Positions 12,322 to 24,932 of a stretch of 64,000 nt of DNA are shown piece after piece. The stretch is from Rhodosorus marinus CCMP1338. Taxonomy: Eukaryota; Plantae; Rhodophyta. Made by a program: the position numbers and the translations under genes. The stretch's first letter is position 1. The number at the start of each line of letters is the position of its first letter. The stretch spans positions 2,666,001-2,730,000 of the forward strand of contig JAMWBK010000005.1 in the NCBI GenBank assembly GCA_029953675.1, read 5' to 3'. The notes beneath the pieces are model-generated. The model was not told the DNA's origin. It did not search any database and saw nothing but the letters and a program-made list of their open reading frames with translations.

Positions 12322-14432
12322 ATGATCAGGACGGCGCGCTTTCTGCGTCCGCGGAGTAGGCTTCCGGTTCTTGCTCTGCAACGGTGGCTGAGCGAAGATT
12401 CATCAGCAAAAATAGTACGGCGCAACTTCGTGAAGGCAATTCCCATCAGAAAAGCGGGGCGTCCGTGGACAACGCGATGTCGCGGATGTGGAGGAGCTCT
12501 ATTGCCCCAGAATGTTTCCATCAATGTCGAGGGTGAAAGTTGGGATGGTCTTCATCGATCTTGTAACTCGCAAGGCTTCGCGAGAGCTGACATATGCGCA
12601 CGATGCCAGCTCCTCAGGGGAGGACATTTGCTTAAGGCACTCGAAGCGAGCAATGAATTGGACCCAACGACTTTTATCAACATGTTACGACCCCTCCATG
12701 ACATGACTGTAGGAGCAGTAATGGTCCTTAGCGCAATCGATTTTGAGGGGACGTATATTGATTCAATACGAGAGCTGATAGGCAAGAATCCTCTCATCCT
12801 TGCCGTCACAAAGATTGATCTAATCTGTAACACCCGTAATCTAAACAACGTTGAGATGCTCCGCCGATATTTTCGGAGCAGAGCGGCAGCGATGAAATTG
12901 TCGGTTATAGACGTTGTGCCAGTTAGCGGTGAGCGTCCCATCATTCCACTACATGCAGGTGGAATACCGAGGATCATGAACTACTCAGAGCTGAAGCTGC
13001 GGTTTACGTGCTCGCGCAGGTGTAAATGGTGTCGGTGTAGATAACCTCAAGTCGCTTCTCGAAAATACTGGAATCTTTCGAACTGCGGACGTGTACATAG
13101 TCGGCGTTGCGAACGTTGGGAAGTCTACTTTGGTAAACTGCTTGAAGCAACGGTTCCTGGGAAATCAACCCCGCAAAAGGGCCACTTTCGATGCTGAGAA
13201 GGACCTGGAAAGTGTGAACATGACCACGTCATCGTTGCCGGGTACTTAGAACAGAAGAAAAGCAATCGTAGGATCGATGCGATATCTAAGATTCAGGGTT
13301 CCAATGCTCCTCAGGAACTACGTTGGCTCTTACAAAAGTGGGTCGCCTAGCAACGCGGAATACTCTCTACGATACGCCTGGAATCCTCAAGAACATGTAT
13401 AGACACCCGAGCACGAAGGAAAACCTTCACCAAGTCGAGCGCTTGACATCGGTGGCCCTCAGTGTCCCGCTGAACAAGACCATAGTCATCGGGGATGATG
13501 TTCTTCACGTTGACTTGGTATCGGTACAGCGTAGTTTAGACGCCATGAGTACTTCGACTAGGATAGTATGGCGCAGCGTAGCGCCACAGATAGTTAAGGT
13601 AGGACGCCACTCATTCGCTGTTCGGAAATGGTGCTCATCCAAGCTTAGGCAAGGCTGTCGATTGGTTTTCTGTGACGAATTCTGTTCATGTGAACCGGTC
13701 TCTTCCGAACGTCAGGTTGTGGAGCATCGAGACTCTCGTCGGCGACAGCTAGAAATGTCAAATCGCGTGCACGCGGAAAGGAAGGCCGCTACTAAACGTT
13801 CGGAAGAGCTGTGGTGAGCCGAATTTTAGTGGGTAGAGGACGCAGTTCTATCCTCAGTCCCTGAAGTGGTTCCCGTTTGTACCTCATTTGCGTTGGGAAC
13901 TGTATCGCGTCGCTCGTTTGTCCAGGTCCACGTTTTATAGCAACGAAGGAGAGGATGCAAGGATGGAAACTGAGGACACCCTTGAACTTACGTCTGACGA
14001 TTTGGAGAGCTGGGACCACCTAAGCGTCCCTCATACAAATATATCTTGGATGGGTGTGGACGGGAATAGTCATGATATTTTTGCAGAGATTGCTTCAGAG
14101 ACGAATGTACAAATTTCGCATGAGCTTCTACGAACTGCAATAGTACCTCGACTGGACGAAGACGGTTACAAAGCTTATTGCTGCGACGTCGCTGCCCCAG
14201 GCCTTGGTTTCCTAGCGATACGGTCCCCGTTGCCACTATACGTACGAATTTTTGGCCCAGCGCAGATGCGCTGCATGGTAAGAGCTTTCCTGACTCCTAA
14301 TTTAATATGCTGAAACCTTCTGGACGCTCAGAACTGCCTTTCATTTCTGCTCGACAGATTCGACCGCAGCTTCCCGTCGACAACGTCCCAGAGGACGCCT
14401 CGACCAGCCGCAACTGGAAACTACACTTCTAA
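12322..14432 (+). CDS. YqeH/NOA1-family circularly permuted GTPase, probably mitochondrial (multi-exon)
   Basis: Zn-finger CRGC...CARC is followed by G4 TKID, G1 GVANVGKST (about 13100-13130), G2 TTSSLPGT and G3 YDTPG, which is the permuted G4-G5-G1-G2-G3 order. The Arg-rich N-terminus MIRTARFLRPRSRL looks like a presequence. Confidence 0.85.
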
Positions 14433-16705
14433 ATCTCTTAGAAACCCCTTTCCTTGGATGAAAACTTGCCAATTCCACGCGACACCACGCGCGGGTGGCT
14501 CAGCACTCGATGCGCCTTGCTGTGCTTCAACTGAAGCAACGACGCGTTCGACCGTTGCATGTTAATTGCCCTGCAGATTTCATTAGATGTACTAACCGCT
14601 CCAATACCAAATTGAGAGCTTATATTCAGTATTTTATTAAAAATAAAAATAATCATGCTAAATAAACCGTTTTCACAAACTAAGAAATACCACGCGTCCT
14701 TTAGATAATGAATAATAAAATATTTATAGAGGATATTATCAAAACAACGATTTAATTCTTTATTTTATAGGTTTTCACTCGCAAGATCAGTACATATACC
14801 ATTTATAATATCCCACGTGTCTCCCCAAGAGCTGCAGGCATTTAATAAAAATTATTTTATTGATATTGGAAATATCCTCAATATAATATTCCATAATACA
14901 TATTGCAAAAATAAACAACTGAAAGAAATCTTCCAATAGAATTCCAGGTGGCCGGAATTTGTTTTGCTTTTCTACAATATCCGTTTGCTAAGTAAAAGAG
15001 AGAAATTCTCGTAGTGATCACTGATAGGCTCTGAGCAATGTTGAGCTTAGAGCGTCCGCCTTGGAACACATCGGCATTGCCCTCCTGTCTCGCCTTTGTG
15101 TATATTCAGGTATACAAATGTTTTTCTGAATACGCCGAGCCGGAAACCCGTAGTCTCACCCAGTTTGGTTTCACAGCCCCGCCGTTTGTTTGCTCTTATG
15201 CTGCATGTGGCTCCATTGTTCCGTAAAAGGACGTTTTTGCAGTTTACAAGTTCGTCTCGGACTCTCCAAAGTACAGTTCGGTCCCGATTGTTTTTGTCTG
15301 ATTTGTTTTGTAGAAAAAAAAGCTTATTGGTTTAAAAATATTGGACCAGCTTAGTGAAAAAGTCGGCGGTTACGTTAGTCGCTCCCACGACTGTACCATC
15401 AGGGCGGGCGTTTCAGGACGAAAAAAACTGCGTAGGAGCAGTTAAAATTCGCCATCAACTGTCTCCTACGGAACAGTGACGGCTCATTCTCGAGTGGTAT
15501 TGAGTTGACGCCAATTCAGCTGACTGACTGACTTTAGTCGGAGGATAGCAACCCCGCTAAACTAACCGAGAAACTAAAGAGGACATAAGGACTTCCACTC
15601 ACATGGCATAACTCAGTCGGCTAGAGCGCCAGCGAGATGCTCCGTGAGCGCCCCGACGGGCTCTCCTCGTTGTCAACCCGGTTGAGCTTCTTGTTGTGTG
15701 CGTATGAGCGCTGCTTTGACGTCGAAGGCGGGTGCTCTTCGCCTTCCCGTAGTCCGCTTTTTTTTCCTCTGATTTTTTTTTGTCAGTTTCCAAATCAACG
15801 TCTTCTTCATTTTTCTCCAGGTTAGCAAAACACAAGCAACACACGATGGATATGAAGCATCTTTAATGAAAGATTTGGAAGGGTTTTCCTTGTGTAAATC
15901 TTTTGTGTGTGACTTTTGGTTAACTGGAAAACTAACGACTCCAGGTGGGCGTCCTCCGAAAGGGAAAGGAGAGTCAATTTATGGCGCTTCAACGCCTCCT
16001 TGGTTCTAGAGGTGCCATGTCTGCGCAATTCAAGCGAAAAATTGCAGTATGCACGCAACGGCATTGGCAAACAGTAGACACGAGAGAGTTTCGAAGAAGC
16101 TTGTCAGTTCAGTTTAATTGGAGGCTAAGGTCCCGAGGAGTTTAGAAACGTAAGGATGACTACTGAATGCGACTCGAATATTCTGTCCGGAAGGAAGTGG
16201 GAGCAGTACAAATTTTCGGAGGGTTGAAAAACTGAGAACTGATGATGTGGCAGAAGAATTGAAGCATTCGAAACTGCTGCTACACTCTTGAAATCTGCTG
16301 TTTTTTGCCAATGCACTTCAAGGCGTTGCTCTGAAAATTACTTGTCCTCTCGTCCTATCGATACCCTCTTTTTCCTTGCAAATGTCTCCTGTGAGCGAAG
16401 CGGAGAATTTCCGAAGTGGCATATTTGTACTTCATCTCAACCACCAACGTCCGGCATCTAGCGAGTCGTCCTTACTGCCACGGAACTTGGGCGAACCTCT
16501 GACGTCAACCCCTATCCCTACTTCCAACAGTAATCTATTGTCGAGATGAAATCGGCGATGGCTGTGTAGCATTCCGCCTTCGGATGAGACAGACTGTCGA
16601 ACAAATGCTTCCATTTTAGTCCAGTTTTGGATGTGAATCCTTTGAGACAGGCTGTCCCATTGAGTTGCTCTTTTTCTGGTTCAGCTTTTTTTGGCTTTTT
16701 CGGTT

Positions 16706-16967
16706 TTCGCTCTGAAAGCCATTCAGTAAGAGACAGAGACAGAGACTGAGGGAAAGAGAGCGAGAGAGAGAGAGCGAGACAGACAGACAGAACAGACAGA
16801 GAGGGACTGGATAAGTATTAAACGCTAATGAAGAATTTCGCGGAGCAAATTTTTCTTTTGTTCGCTCTGAAGTCCATTCAGTAAGGTTGGGCTGGGCACC
16901 CGGCTTGATGGGAGGGAGAGAGAGAGAGAGAGGGAGAGGGAATGTGAGTCTTAAAACGCTAATGAAG
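16706..16967. repeat. Imperfect ~150-bp tandem duplication with GA-microsatellite cores
   Basis: ttcgctctgaa(ag/gt)ccattcagtaag occurs at 16706 and 16861. gagaggga...taaa(a)cgctaatgaag ends at 16833 and 16967. A GA-rich tract lies between the two motifs in each unit. Confidence 0.8.
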
Positions 16968-17682
16968 GTATTCACTGGTTCTGGGTGCTACTTACTCCGA
17001 CGCGGTCTTGACTAGCAAAGCTAGCACCACTGAGGGAGAGGGAGGGGAGGGCAGAGAGAGCTTCGAAGGAGGTGGAAAAGGAGGAAAAGTTTATGCCAGC
17101 TAATTTTTTTAGTTTTTCGGTGGAAAGGTTTTGCGCTGAAAAAGCTGAGTGGAGTGGAAGAAGGGGTTTGGGAAGGTGTGCGCGCGTGTGTGTGTGTGTG
17201 TGTGTACGTGTGTGGGACAGTAGGGAGTAGGAGTTTGAATAGCTGAGGAAGAGGTGGTGCTGTATTTCTTAGCACGAAAAATTTTCGTTGGCGGGAAGTG
17301 CGGTGTGGCGTGGAAGAGAGAGGTGAGTTGGTAAGGTAGGAAGCTGGCAGGACAGCAAACTGCCTTTTCCTTTCTGAGAGAACCCGTATAGACTGTTTGC
17401 ACTTTTTACCGCTGGCTTATTTTTGGAGGGGAGAGAAGGGGGGGTTTGGGTGGAAGGGTTTGGAAGGTTAGCTGGTGGTTGGGGGAGTGGCCCAACAATT
17501 TGGTTTCTCTACCCGGGGGGGGGGGTTTGAAGCTCGGTCTTTGGTACCCACAAATACTCTGAGAGGTAGGTGACAGCGTGTCCTTTTTGAATGGGACTAG
17601 AAAAGAGGGGGAAGCTGAAGAGGAGTCCCCGATGAGAAACTCCGATGAAGAGGAAAATGGTTTACTGAGCAAGGAAGAGGAG

Positions 17683-19027
17683 ATGTACCAGGTTTGGAGA
17701 AGACCGTGTGAGTGGACAGCCTGTCTTCAGGTTCGACGTTGTTTTAGCAGCCTTGTAAATATCGAGAAGGTTCGGGTTGTTGAAGTTGGGCCTCGTGATG
17801 GGCTACAGAATGAGAGCAAGTTCGTTCCTACGGAGAGGAAAGTGAAGCTCGTTGAGGACCTCGTTGATGCTGGAATTGGGAACGTTGAGGTGTGTGTCGT
17901 CCGAAGCCGTTCTTTTTGTTTTCCTTTTTTGCATGTGCTTAGAAGGCTTAAAGCAGTCTCCTGATTTTCCCATCTGTCCCAGGTAACTAGCTTTGTATCC
18001 CCGCAATGGGTACCGCAACTTTCTGATTCGGCGGAAGTATTCTCATCGGTGAAGAAAAAGCCAGGTGTCAACTACACCGTTCTGGTTCCGAATGCTCGCG
18101 GCTTTGAAACCGCAAAGGAAGTCAGCGCTCGACAGATAGCCGTTTTCGCGGCTGCCAGCGAAACTTTTTCCAAAAAGAACCTCAACCTGAGCGTCTCCGA
18201 AAGCTTGGAAAAGTATAAGTCAATATGCGCCGATGCCTTGGAGAACGGTATGAAGATCCGTGGGTACGTATCGACGGTGGTACGATGTCCCTACGAAGGC
18301 GAAATTAAGCCCGAGAGAGTCGCAGACGTCGCAGTAAGCCTTCTTGAAATGGGCTGTTTTGAAGTTTCCTTGGGAGACACGATTGGAGCTGCCACTCCGG
18401 GAGAAGTGGAGAACTTGCTGAAAGTCGTTTCTGAAAGGGTGCCAATCTCGAAGCTTGCGGTGCGCAAGGTTTACTGGAGAAGCTTCAGCCCGCGCTTCGT
18501 TCATCTCGATCTGAATAACATGCTTCGCCTTCCACCAGGTTCACTTCCATGATACTTGCGGTACTGCTCTCGCAAACGTCCTGGTGGCTCTTCAAGCTGG
18601 CGTGCATGCTGTCGATTCTTCAGTTGGAGGTGAGCAAATTCTGATCCTTGGAAACTACGTCAAAAACCTGCATTCGCACCAAGGATATCCATGAGGCAGG
18701 ATGCCCGCCAGCCGCAGAAAAGCTGTCTCCGTTAGTGAACTCTCCTGGTCCGTACGACCGGCCAGTCGAATCTTGTCATCTCATTCCGAATGCTCCTAAT
18801 TGAACGGAACAGGTCTAGGTGGATGCCCGTACGCGCCAGGTGCGGCCGGAAACCTGGCAACTGAAGACTTGGTGTACATGTTACAAGGCATGGGTATTGA
18901 CATTGGAGGCATTGACCTGAATCGCGTTGCGAAATTGGGCCACGAAATGTGCAAGTTTCTAGAGAGGCCCAATGGAAGCAAATGCGGACAAGCTATCTAC
19001 TCGAGTTCAAAGAACAGCCAGACGTAG
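17683..19027 (+). CDS. HMGCL: Hydroxymethylglutaryl-CoA lyase (multi-exon; start approximate)
   Basis: Motifs [43 protein letters not shown]...CPYEG, SLGDTIG, HFHDT and [24 protein letters not shown]. Confidence 0.95.
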
Positions 19028-19622
19028 CACTGGGCTTCAAAGGGTTGCAGGGCATGCCGTTGAACCCAGCCGTGAGCTGGCGGAAAGCTTTCCATGAGGC
19101 TCCGACGGAGAAGGCGCTCAACAAAAGCGATTCTGGAGGGCTTCAGCCTTTCTTCAACTACGACGATATTTTTCAACTTGGACCGGTTATTGCTGTTCTT
19201 GGCTCACGCTAGTTCCGCTCTGCCCGTAACTAGTTCACCCGACGTCGTCGGACGATGGAATTCATCGAAATAAGAATTCCCTGGCTTGCATTGGTTTCAA
19301 CGTTCCACGTAGAGTTGGAGCGTAGGAAACAAGGATGAAGATGCTCTGCACACAGTCTCCTGCTCAAGCGGATGTCCAACTGGCAGCGCTTGTGCAGTAC
19401 CAAAATCAACCTCCGGAGGAAGATTTGATTTATTTTCACATTGTGCAGATTTAGTTTTCTGAATTTTGGGGTATTCATAATTTACATACTTCGCGTTTTC
19501 GCCCCGTGCAAGCAGACTCGTCAAGCACGAATCGACCAAGGCTCCGCCAGCTCCTCTCATCGACCAACGCTCGCACAGAACGGCCTTGTGGCGGCGAAAA
19601 TCATCACTCGATCGAATTGCAT

Positions 19623-21180
19623 TCACAGTCGAATCTCGCCCAAGAAGATCGTCTTATCACTGCTGGCACTTCCAATGATCGGCTCCGTCGGATGGAACGC
19701 TACGTCATTCACGCTTCCTCTATGACCAGGAAGTTTGTAGAGAACCTCTCCAGATACACCGTTCCATACCCATACCTGACCAAAACCATTGCCGAAAAGG
19801 TGCAAAAGCAGCACAAAGTTTTGGATAGAAGTAAGGTCAACTGAAACCGCTAACTTCACTTTTTCATACCTTATCATCTTACCATTCTATCGCCGGATCC
19901 GCATGCAACTGTTGTACCATCCGGTGCCCACGCACATCGCACCAAATTCTTTTCCACTTGGATCTGATGTCCAGTTAAGTTCATCGTGAGGCGGTTGCCA
20001 TCTCCTCCTTCGACATACGGCCGAATATCCCAAACCTTACATACATTGTCCATCTGCTTCAAAAACGAAATCCGATGAAACGTTCAGAACCGAGGTGAGC
20101 ATGGCTGGGCAAAACAGCACCAACGGGAGGTCAATCCGTTGGCGATGCCTCGTTCTTCTTCCCAATTAGCAAAAAGGAGAAAAAGGAACATGGCAGACAC
20201 ACATAATTAAGAGGGACATTTGTGCAGCGCTCTATTTGAAGGAGAGCGTCGAAGGCTCTCCAAAGGAACGCTGAAGTCCTTCACTCTTGCGGTTTGCAAG
20301 AGAAACGATGAGCACTCACCGCGTTAGTAACCAAATGAGTGCCAGTTCTGTTAACAGAAAGTCCAGTAATTGTGTTCGTGTGTCCTGCCAAGCGCATAAC
20401 TTCTTTTTCAGGTTTTCGTAAATCCCAAGCGTAAACATTATTGTCAATTCCGCCTGGATTTGGATTCAGTGCGAGTTGGTAGAAGATGACAAGGACCTCT
20501 GTTAGTACTTTGGACGTTCTATGTTCGTTTACCAGCGATTTGGGGGGGTTCGCACCTGTATACAGTTGATTTTCGTTGGATCCAAAGTCAAGCGCCAGGA
20601 GCTGATAAGCGTGTTCCAGCGTATGTGTCGATTTCCTTCCCTTGACCCGTTTATCCCATACTCTAGCGGTTCGATCGTCAGATGCAGTAGCTATTTTCCA
20701 CGGCTCAGATATTTCGCGCCTTGAAACAGCGACGGCGTTGACGTAGCTTGAATGTCCCTTGAACTGCTTGATGCGCTGGGTGGTGACCGCATCCCAAAGA
20801 GCTGCGGTCTTATCTGCTGAGGCTGTTACCACGTATTCTCCAGCTTGAAGCCACTTGATATCCGATATTGAGCTCTTATGTCCCCGCATGATGGCGGTGG
20901 CGGCGCACTCCTCATCGCGAACATTCCACAGGACAATCGTCCTATCAAACGAACACGACGCCAAAGTGTTTCCGTCAGGACTAAAATCAAGCCCATGGAC
21001 CTCACTCTCGTGCCCAATAAGCTGCATAGTCGGGGCCGTCAAACTCGATAACCTCCCATCCTTCACATCCCCAGCCTGAAACTCAATAATCGCCCCTGCA
21101 TCCTCCTTCCTCGCCTTCTTCGATACGACAAGAGATCCAGATCCTTCATCTTCAATCTTTCTCTTGCTTAAAACGTCCAT
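19623..21180 (-). CDS. SNRNP40: U5 snRNP 40-kDa WD40 protein (multi-exon)
   Basis: SSLTAPTMQLIGHESEV, FSPDGNTLASCSFDR, GGIDNNVYAWDLRK, MDNVCKVWDIRPY, EKNLVRCAWAPDG and YKLPGHRGSVNDVAFHPTEPIIGSASSDKTIFLGEI are the characteristic U5-40K/Spf38 segments. Confidence 0.9.
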
Positions 21181-22271
21181 AATACCTCAAAAACCCCTTC
21201 ACAACATCTACAAAATTTACTCAAAAACTGAGCTAGAAAAGCTCGCTCTCGTCCACCCGCTCCAAAGTGTTCCTTCCTCTCAACTCAACAGCTCCCCATC
21301 CAAACCCTAAACTAACCAAATATTCTTTAACTAGTCCTTTTTATCTAAATTGACCACCATTTAAATATATTTAGACATGGATTTCTCTATATTACGATTC
21401 TTTGTCTAAATAAACGTCGACGGAGGCCATCTTAGAAATAGAATCCTACATTGTTAAAATAGATATATGGTTCTAAACGATTTTATATTTATTATATTTT
21501 GGCCGAATATTCTCTAGTTTGATTATATAGAAACTTCTTGGTCTAAATATTGGGCAAGAACTTTGGTGGGGCAATCGAGGCAGGAGGAAGAGTACGTTGG
21601 TGGTTCCTGTTGGCGATGAAAAGGGTGAAAACCTGTGACAGAATGATGAGATACACTGAGAAAAGAAGTGCAAGAACAACTATCTGTTAAAAAAGTCGTT
21701 TCCGTAAAAAAGTCGTTTTCGAACCAGTTTCTATGCATACCTTGACTCGTATTGATCGACAATCATCGGCTTTTTACAACAAGACTACCCTTGGAACTGC
21801 TTGGAGTAGTTAGCATCCCTCCAACGGTGCTTTGGAAGTTCTCCACCTGCATCGGTCTCAAACTGGACATCGACGGTGAAGGCTTTCTACGCTCGAAGCA
21901 TCGAACAAGTGTGGTTTGCCGGTTGGTGCCGGTCGGAGGTTTCATGATCGACAGGCAGGTTTCGAAAGGGTGAACAGTCCTTGCTATTGATACGCAACCC
22001 ACTGCTAAGGAACTGAAGCATAAACTCAGGCAGGCCTAGAGGTTCGGGCCGAGTAGCTGAGAAGCGATCCGCCACTAGAACAAGATGAACATGCAAATAT
22101 ACCACTGCTCCGTGGGCATGACCTGACTGACGATACTAGGAGGTCTTCGTTAAGCTTTAGTTGTGAAGCCAACCGCGGAACTCGGAATTCGAACCTGACT
22201 GGCTTCACGGGTCGGGTTCAGTCTGCTTTCCTCGAACGGATTAGTTCGTTGTACACGTAAGGGTCGTGCCG

Positions 22272-23426
22272 ATGAAACTCGATCCCGCCGCCAAGAAGCG
22301 AGAGGAGAAGTGGAGGCATAGAGCTTCAGCGTCATCTAATGATCGTGGCAGGAAGGTTACCAGCAGTGATGTAGCTGCTGATGGGAAGAGGTCGAGGAGA
22401 CTATCCCGCGGATCTTTGGACGAGCCGTCGACTGAGAATCTGACAGGAAGCTTGTCGAAAAAGCGGATCTCAAGCGTTGATGAGCAGGCTGCTTACTTTC
22501 GGAGGCTCCTTTCAAAGGCAAACGTGTGTCCAACCAGTGATTTTTCGTCTAATTCTTGGCCTGGCGGATCGATTACTAAAACGCTTGCTGTCCTGTTCCT
22601 TCCGAAGGGTGAGGAGCTGGAGCGCTGGAGCCAGTTCGACGTCTCCAATGCCCTAAAATGGGCAAGCATCATTGAGAAAAGAAAGAAATCTGGTCGTGAC
22701 GGGGCTGATAATGATGTGAAGGAGCCTATCCGATCCATGGTGGATGCTATCGTCAGCAATCCGCGCAAGCACGAACATCATTTGAGAGCCTTGCTGTCTG
22801 CGGGAGATCTGTGTCGTGACGAGATTGTGGATTCCATGTCGCTGATCCTTCAACGCCGAGCCTCGGCGAGCTCTGTCCAATGGGCGTTGGTTCCTTTCGA
22901 TGAATGCTCAGTTCCTTTCGCAAACCGTGTCCAAGGGAGACTTTTGAGAAAGCGTCTTCTTATCGGTCTTAACGCAGATGATGAAGTCGAGACACGACAA
23001 TCAATCCGTCAAAGGCTAATGAATTTGGAACCTGCGCACGTAGACCTGGCCGCGCTCGCGGTAACCTGCGACGATGGTGAGCAGATCTGCAACAGACCAC
23101 GTTCTCGACTATTTCTCGCCAATACATCTCTCACTCTTTTCTTTTTGCGGCCGAAATGCAAAGATCAAACGCTCCAAACATGGCTCGAAGAGGAAGTATT
23201 CCGGGTACTGGACAAACCAGCCTCTGAACACGACAGCTCGGGAAAAGCTCTTTGGTTTGTACTGGACAATGACGTATTGCAGTACTGCTCAATTCACAAC
23301 CTCCAGTTTTTTAAAGCCTACCTGCGAGCGGTCGGGGACCATCCAGAGCATTCTTCCGAGAAGGAGAAAGTTCGGACGATCCTAGCTCAAAGCCCTATCA
23401 ACCAGTGTACGAATTCTACCAGCTGA
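22272..23426 (+). CDS. Hypothetical protein with basic N-terminus; 3' exon structure uncertain
   Basis: A ~385-aa open frame from the ATG at 22272 with coding-like composition and K/R clusters (KKREEK, KRKK). No recognisable domain. Confidence 0.6.
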   Translation: MKLDPAAKKREEKWRHRASASSNDRGRKVTSSDVAADGKRSRRLSRGSLDEPSTENLTGSLSKKRISSVDEQAAYFRRLLSKANVCPTSDFSSNSWPGGSITKTLAVLFLPKGEELERWSQFDVSNALKWASIIEKRKKSGRDGADNDVKEPIRSMVDAIVSNPRKHEHHLRALLSAGDLCRDEIVDSMSLILQRRASASSVQWALVPFDECSVPFANRVQGRLLRKRLLIGLNADDEVETRQSIRQRLMNLEPAHVDLAALAVTCDDGEQICNRPRSRLFLANTSLTLFFLRPKCKDQTLQTWLEEEVFRVLDKPASEHDSSGKALWFVLDNDVLQYCSIHNLQFFKAYLRAVGDHPEHSSEKEKVRTILAQSPINQCTNSTS

Positions 23427-23548
23427 ATACCAAGGCAGATCGGCGATGGGCAAGAACGAGGAAGTGGGAAGAGATCCAAGTTCAGAGCGCTCATCGAGTT
23501 ACCACGAACCAGGGAACTAACAGATCGAGGACGGATGGTGCCATCATC

Positions 23549-23802
23549 TGTCGGAAATACTTGACCTCTGTTGTATTTCTCCAAACTTCGGTGCCTTCTT
23601 TACTGTTTCCTTGTCCCGGAAGCCCACAACTTGGGCCTAAGTAATCAATGCCTGCCCATGCATGGGGGCCTATTGTGAGCCTCTCAATGATTCTACTTCG
23701 GGTCTACAGTATGTTATGTAAACACCGAATATACTATCCTAGCTAAGCTATTTGGTCTGACCTTCCAACAATGCAAGGGCGCAAGGTCATTACCGTCCAA
23801 CA
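23549..23802 (-). repeat. Putative 3' LTR of the Copia element
   Basis: On the minus strand the polypurine tract GAGCGAGGGGAG is directly followed by TGTTGG (from 23802). A complementary end CCGACA lies at 23549, with an alternative CAACA end at 23569. No second LTR is present to confirm the boundary. Confidence 0.55.
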
Positions 23803-24932
23803 CTCCCCTCGCTCTTGTGCCATAGGGGAAGTTCTCTCTATGAAGCTAAGACCGGACATCAATGTAACTGTCCGATCCTTGGTGAGTGCCTTTATGAAAA
23901 TGTCCGCGATCATCTCGTTCGTACAGATCGGCATTACGGTACGCTGGTGACACCGCTTGCTCTACCTCCAGGTCCTCCCTTGCCGCTATAGTCAGTAGTA
24001 TTCGGACACTGGAGAAGCAACAATTGGGGCGAACACGTCCTCGCAGTCTACTCCTTTGCTTCTGCGCGAATCCTCGAGCACGAGTCGCGCTGTAAAACGC
24101 TGTAATGACCCGTCGCGGTTTTTTCTTAACTTTCAGGATTAGCCGAGAGCCCAGGATCTTCGCAGATCGAGGTACTCTATCCCTGTGAACCAGTTCCCAC
24201 GCCTGGTTCGCCCGCAGGGATCCGATTTCTTCCGCTGCCGCACACCTCCAGTCGTCTGCGTACTCGCTCTCGATCGCCTCACTCCAGGACTCCAGATCCG
24301 GTACGTCATAAAGCGAATTTCCCTTCCGCACAAGATTGATCGGTATCTCCTTCACGCCAATTTGCTGATTAATCGCTCTTCTCAGACCCATTTTCTTCGC
24401 AGTAAAGACATCCTCGGACACGCGCCCAGTGTCGGGATTGTCGAAATTCGTTTGACTGCGGGTCGTAGATTCTAGCAACATGGGAATCTCTGACCGTCAT
24501 GAGAATCCCGGTGCCTCTCCTGCTTTGCAAATTGCCCATCTTCCCGGGTACCGTGAGTTTGTAAGTAATCTGACTGCCGAATGGGTACATGTTGCTAACG
24601 TTAGCTGCACGCATCTAACACATTCCTCCGGGCTCTTTCTACCCAGGAACTTCCGGATGTTGATGCCGTTGACAACCGTGTGCAATGCTTCCGGCCAGAA
24701 GTCGTCTGGCAGCCCACTGTCGAACATCGTGCCGCGCAACCTTTCAGTCACCGTCCTCACTAGCCGCTCCGCCATCCCAATGCCGGGAAAAATATGTCTG
24801 TCGCACAGGGGGTCCCATGTCAACCCCAAATCTCGCAGGAGGGGTTTCATGCCCTTGTATTCGAGTGCGTTTTCACTCTTAGTTTCTTCACCTCCGCCTT
24901 ATGGATCGCTCCGGAAGTCGGAGAGCTTCGGC

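Noticed and set aside
15609-15680. tRNA D-arm/A-box look-alike TAACTCAGTCGGCTAGAGCG
   Set aside because: No acceptor stem, anticodon stem or TTC-containing T-loop follows it.
16239-16335. TGATGA...CTGA box C/D snoRNA-like pair, also CTGATGA...GAAA hammerhead-like spacing
   Set aside because: No terminal stem, no guide of 10 nt or more matching rRNA that I could recall, and hammerhead stem II cannot form.
22175-22205. Minus-strand GGTTCGAATTCC resembling a tRNA T-loop/B-box
   Set aside because: The T-stem does not pair properly and there is no upstream D-arm or A-box.
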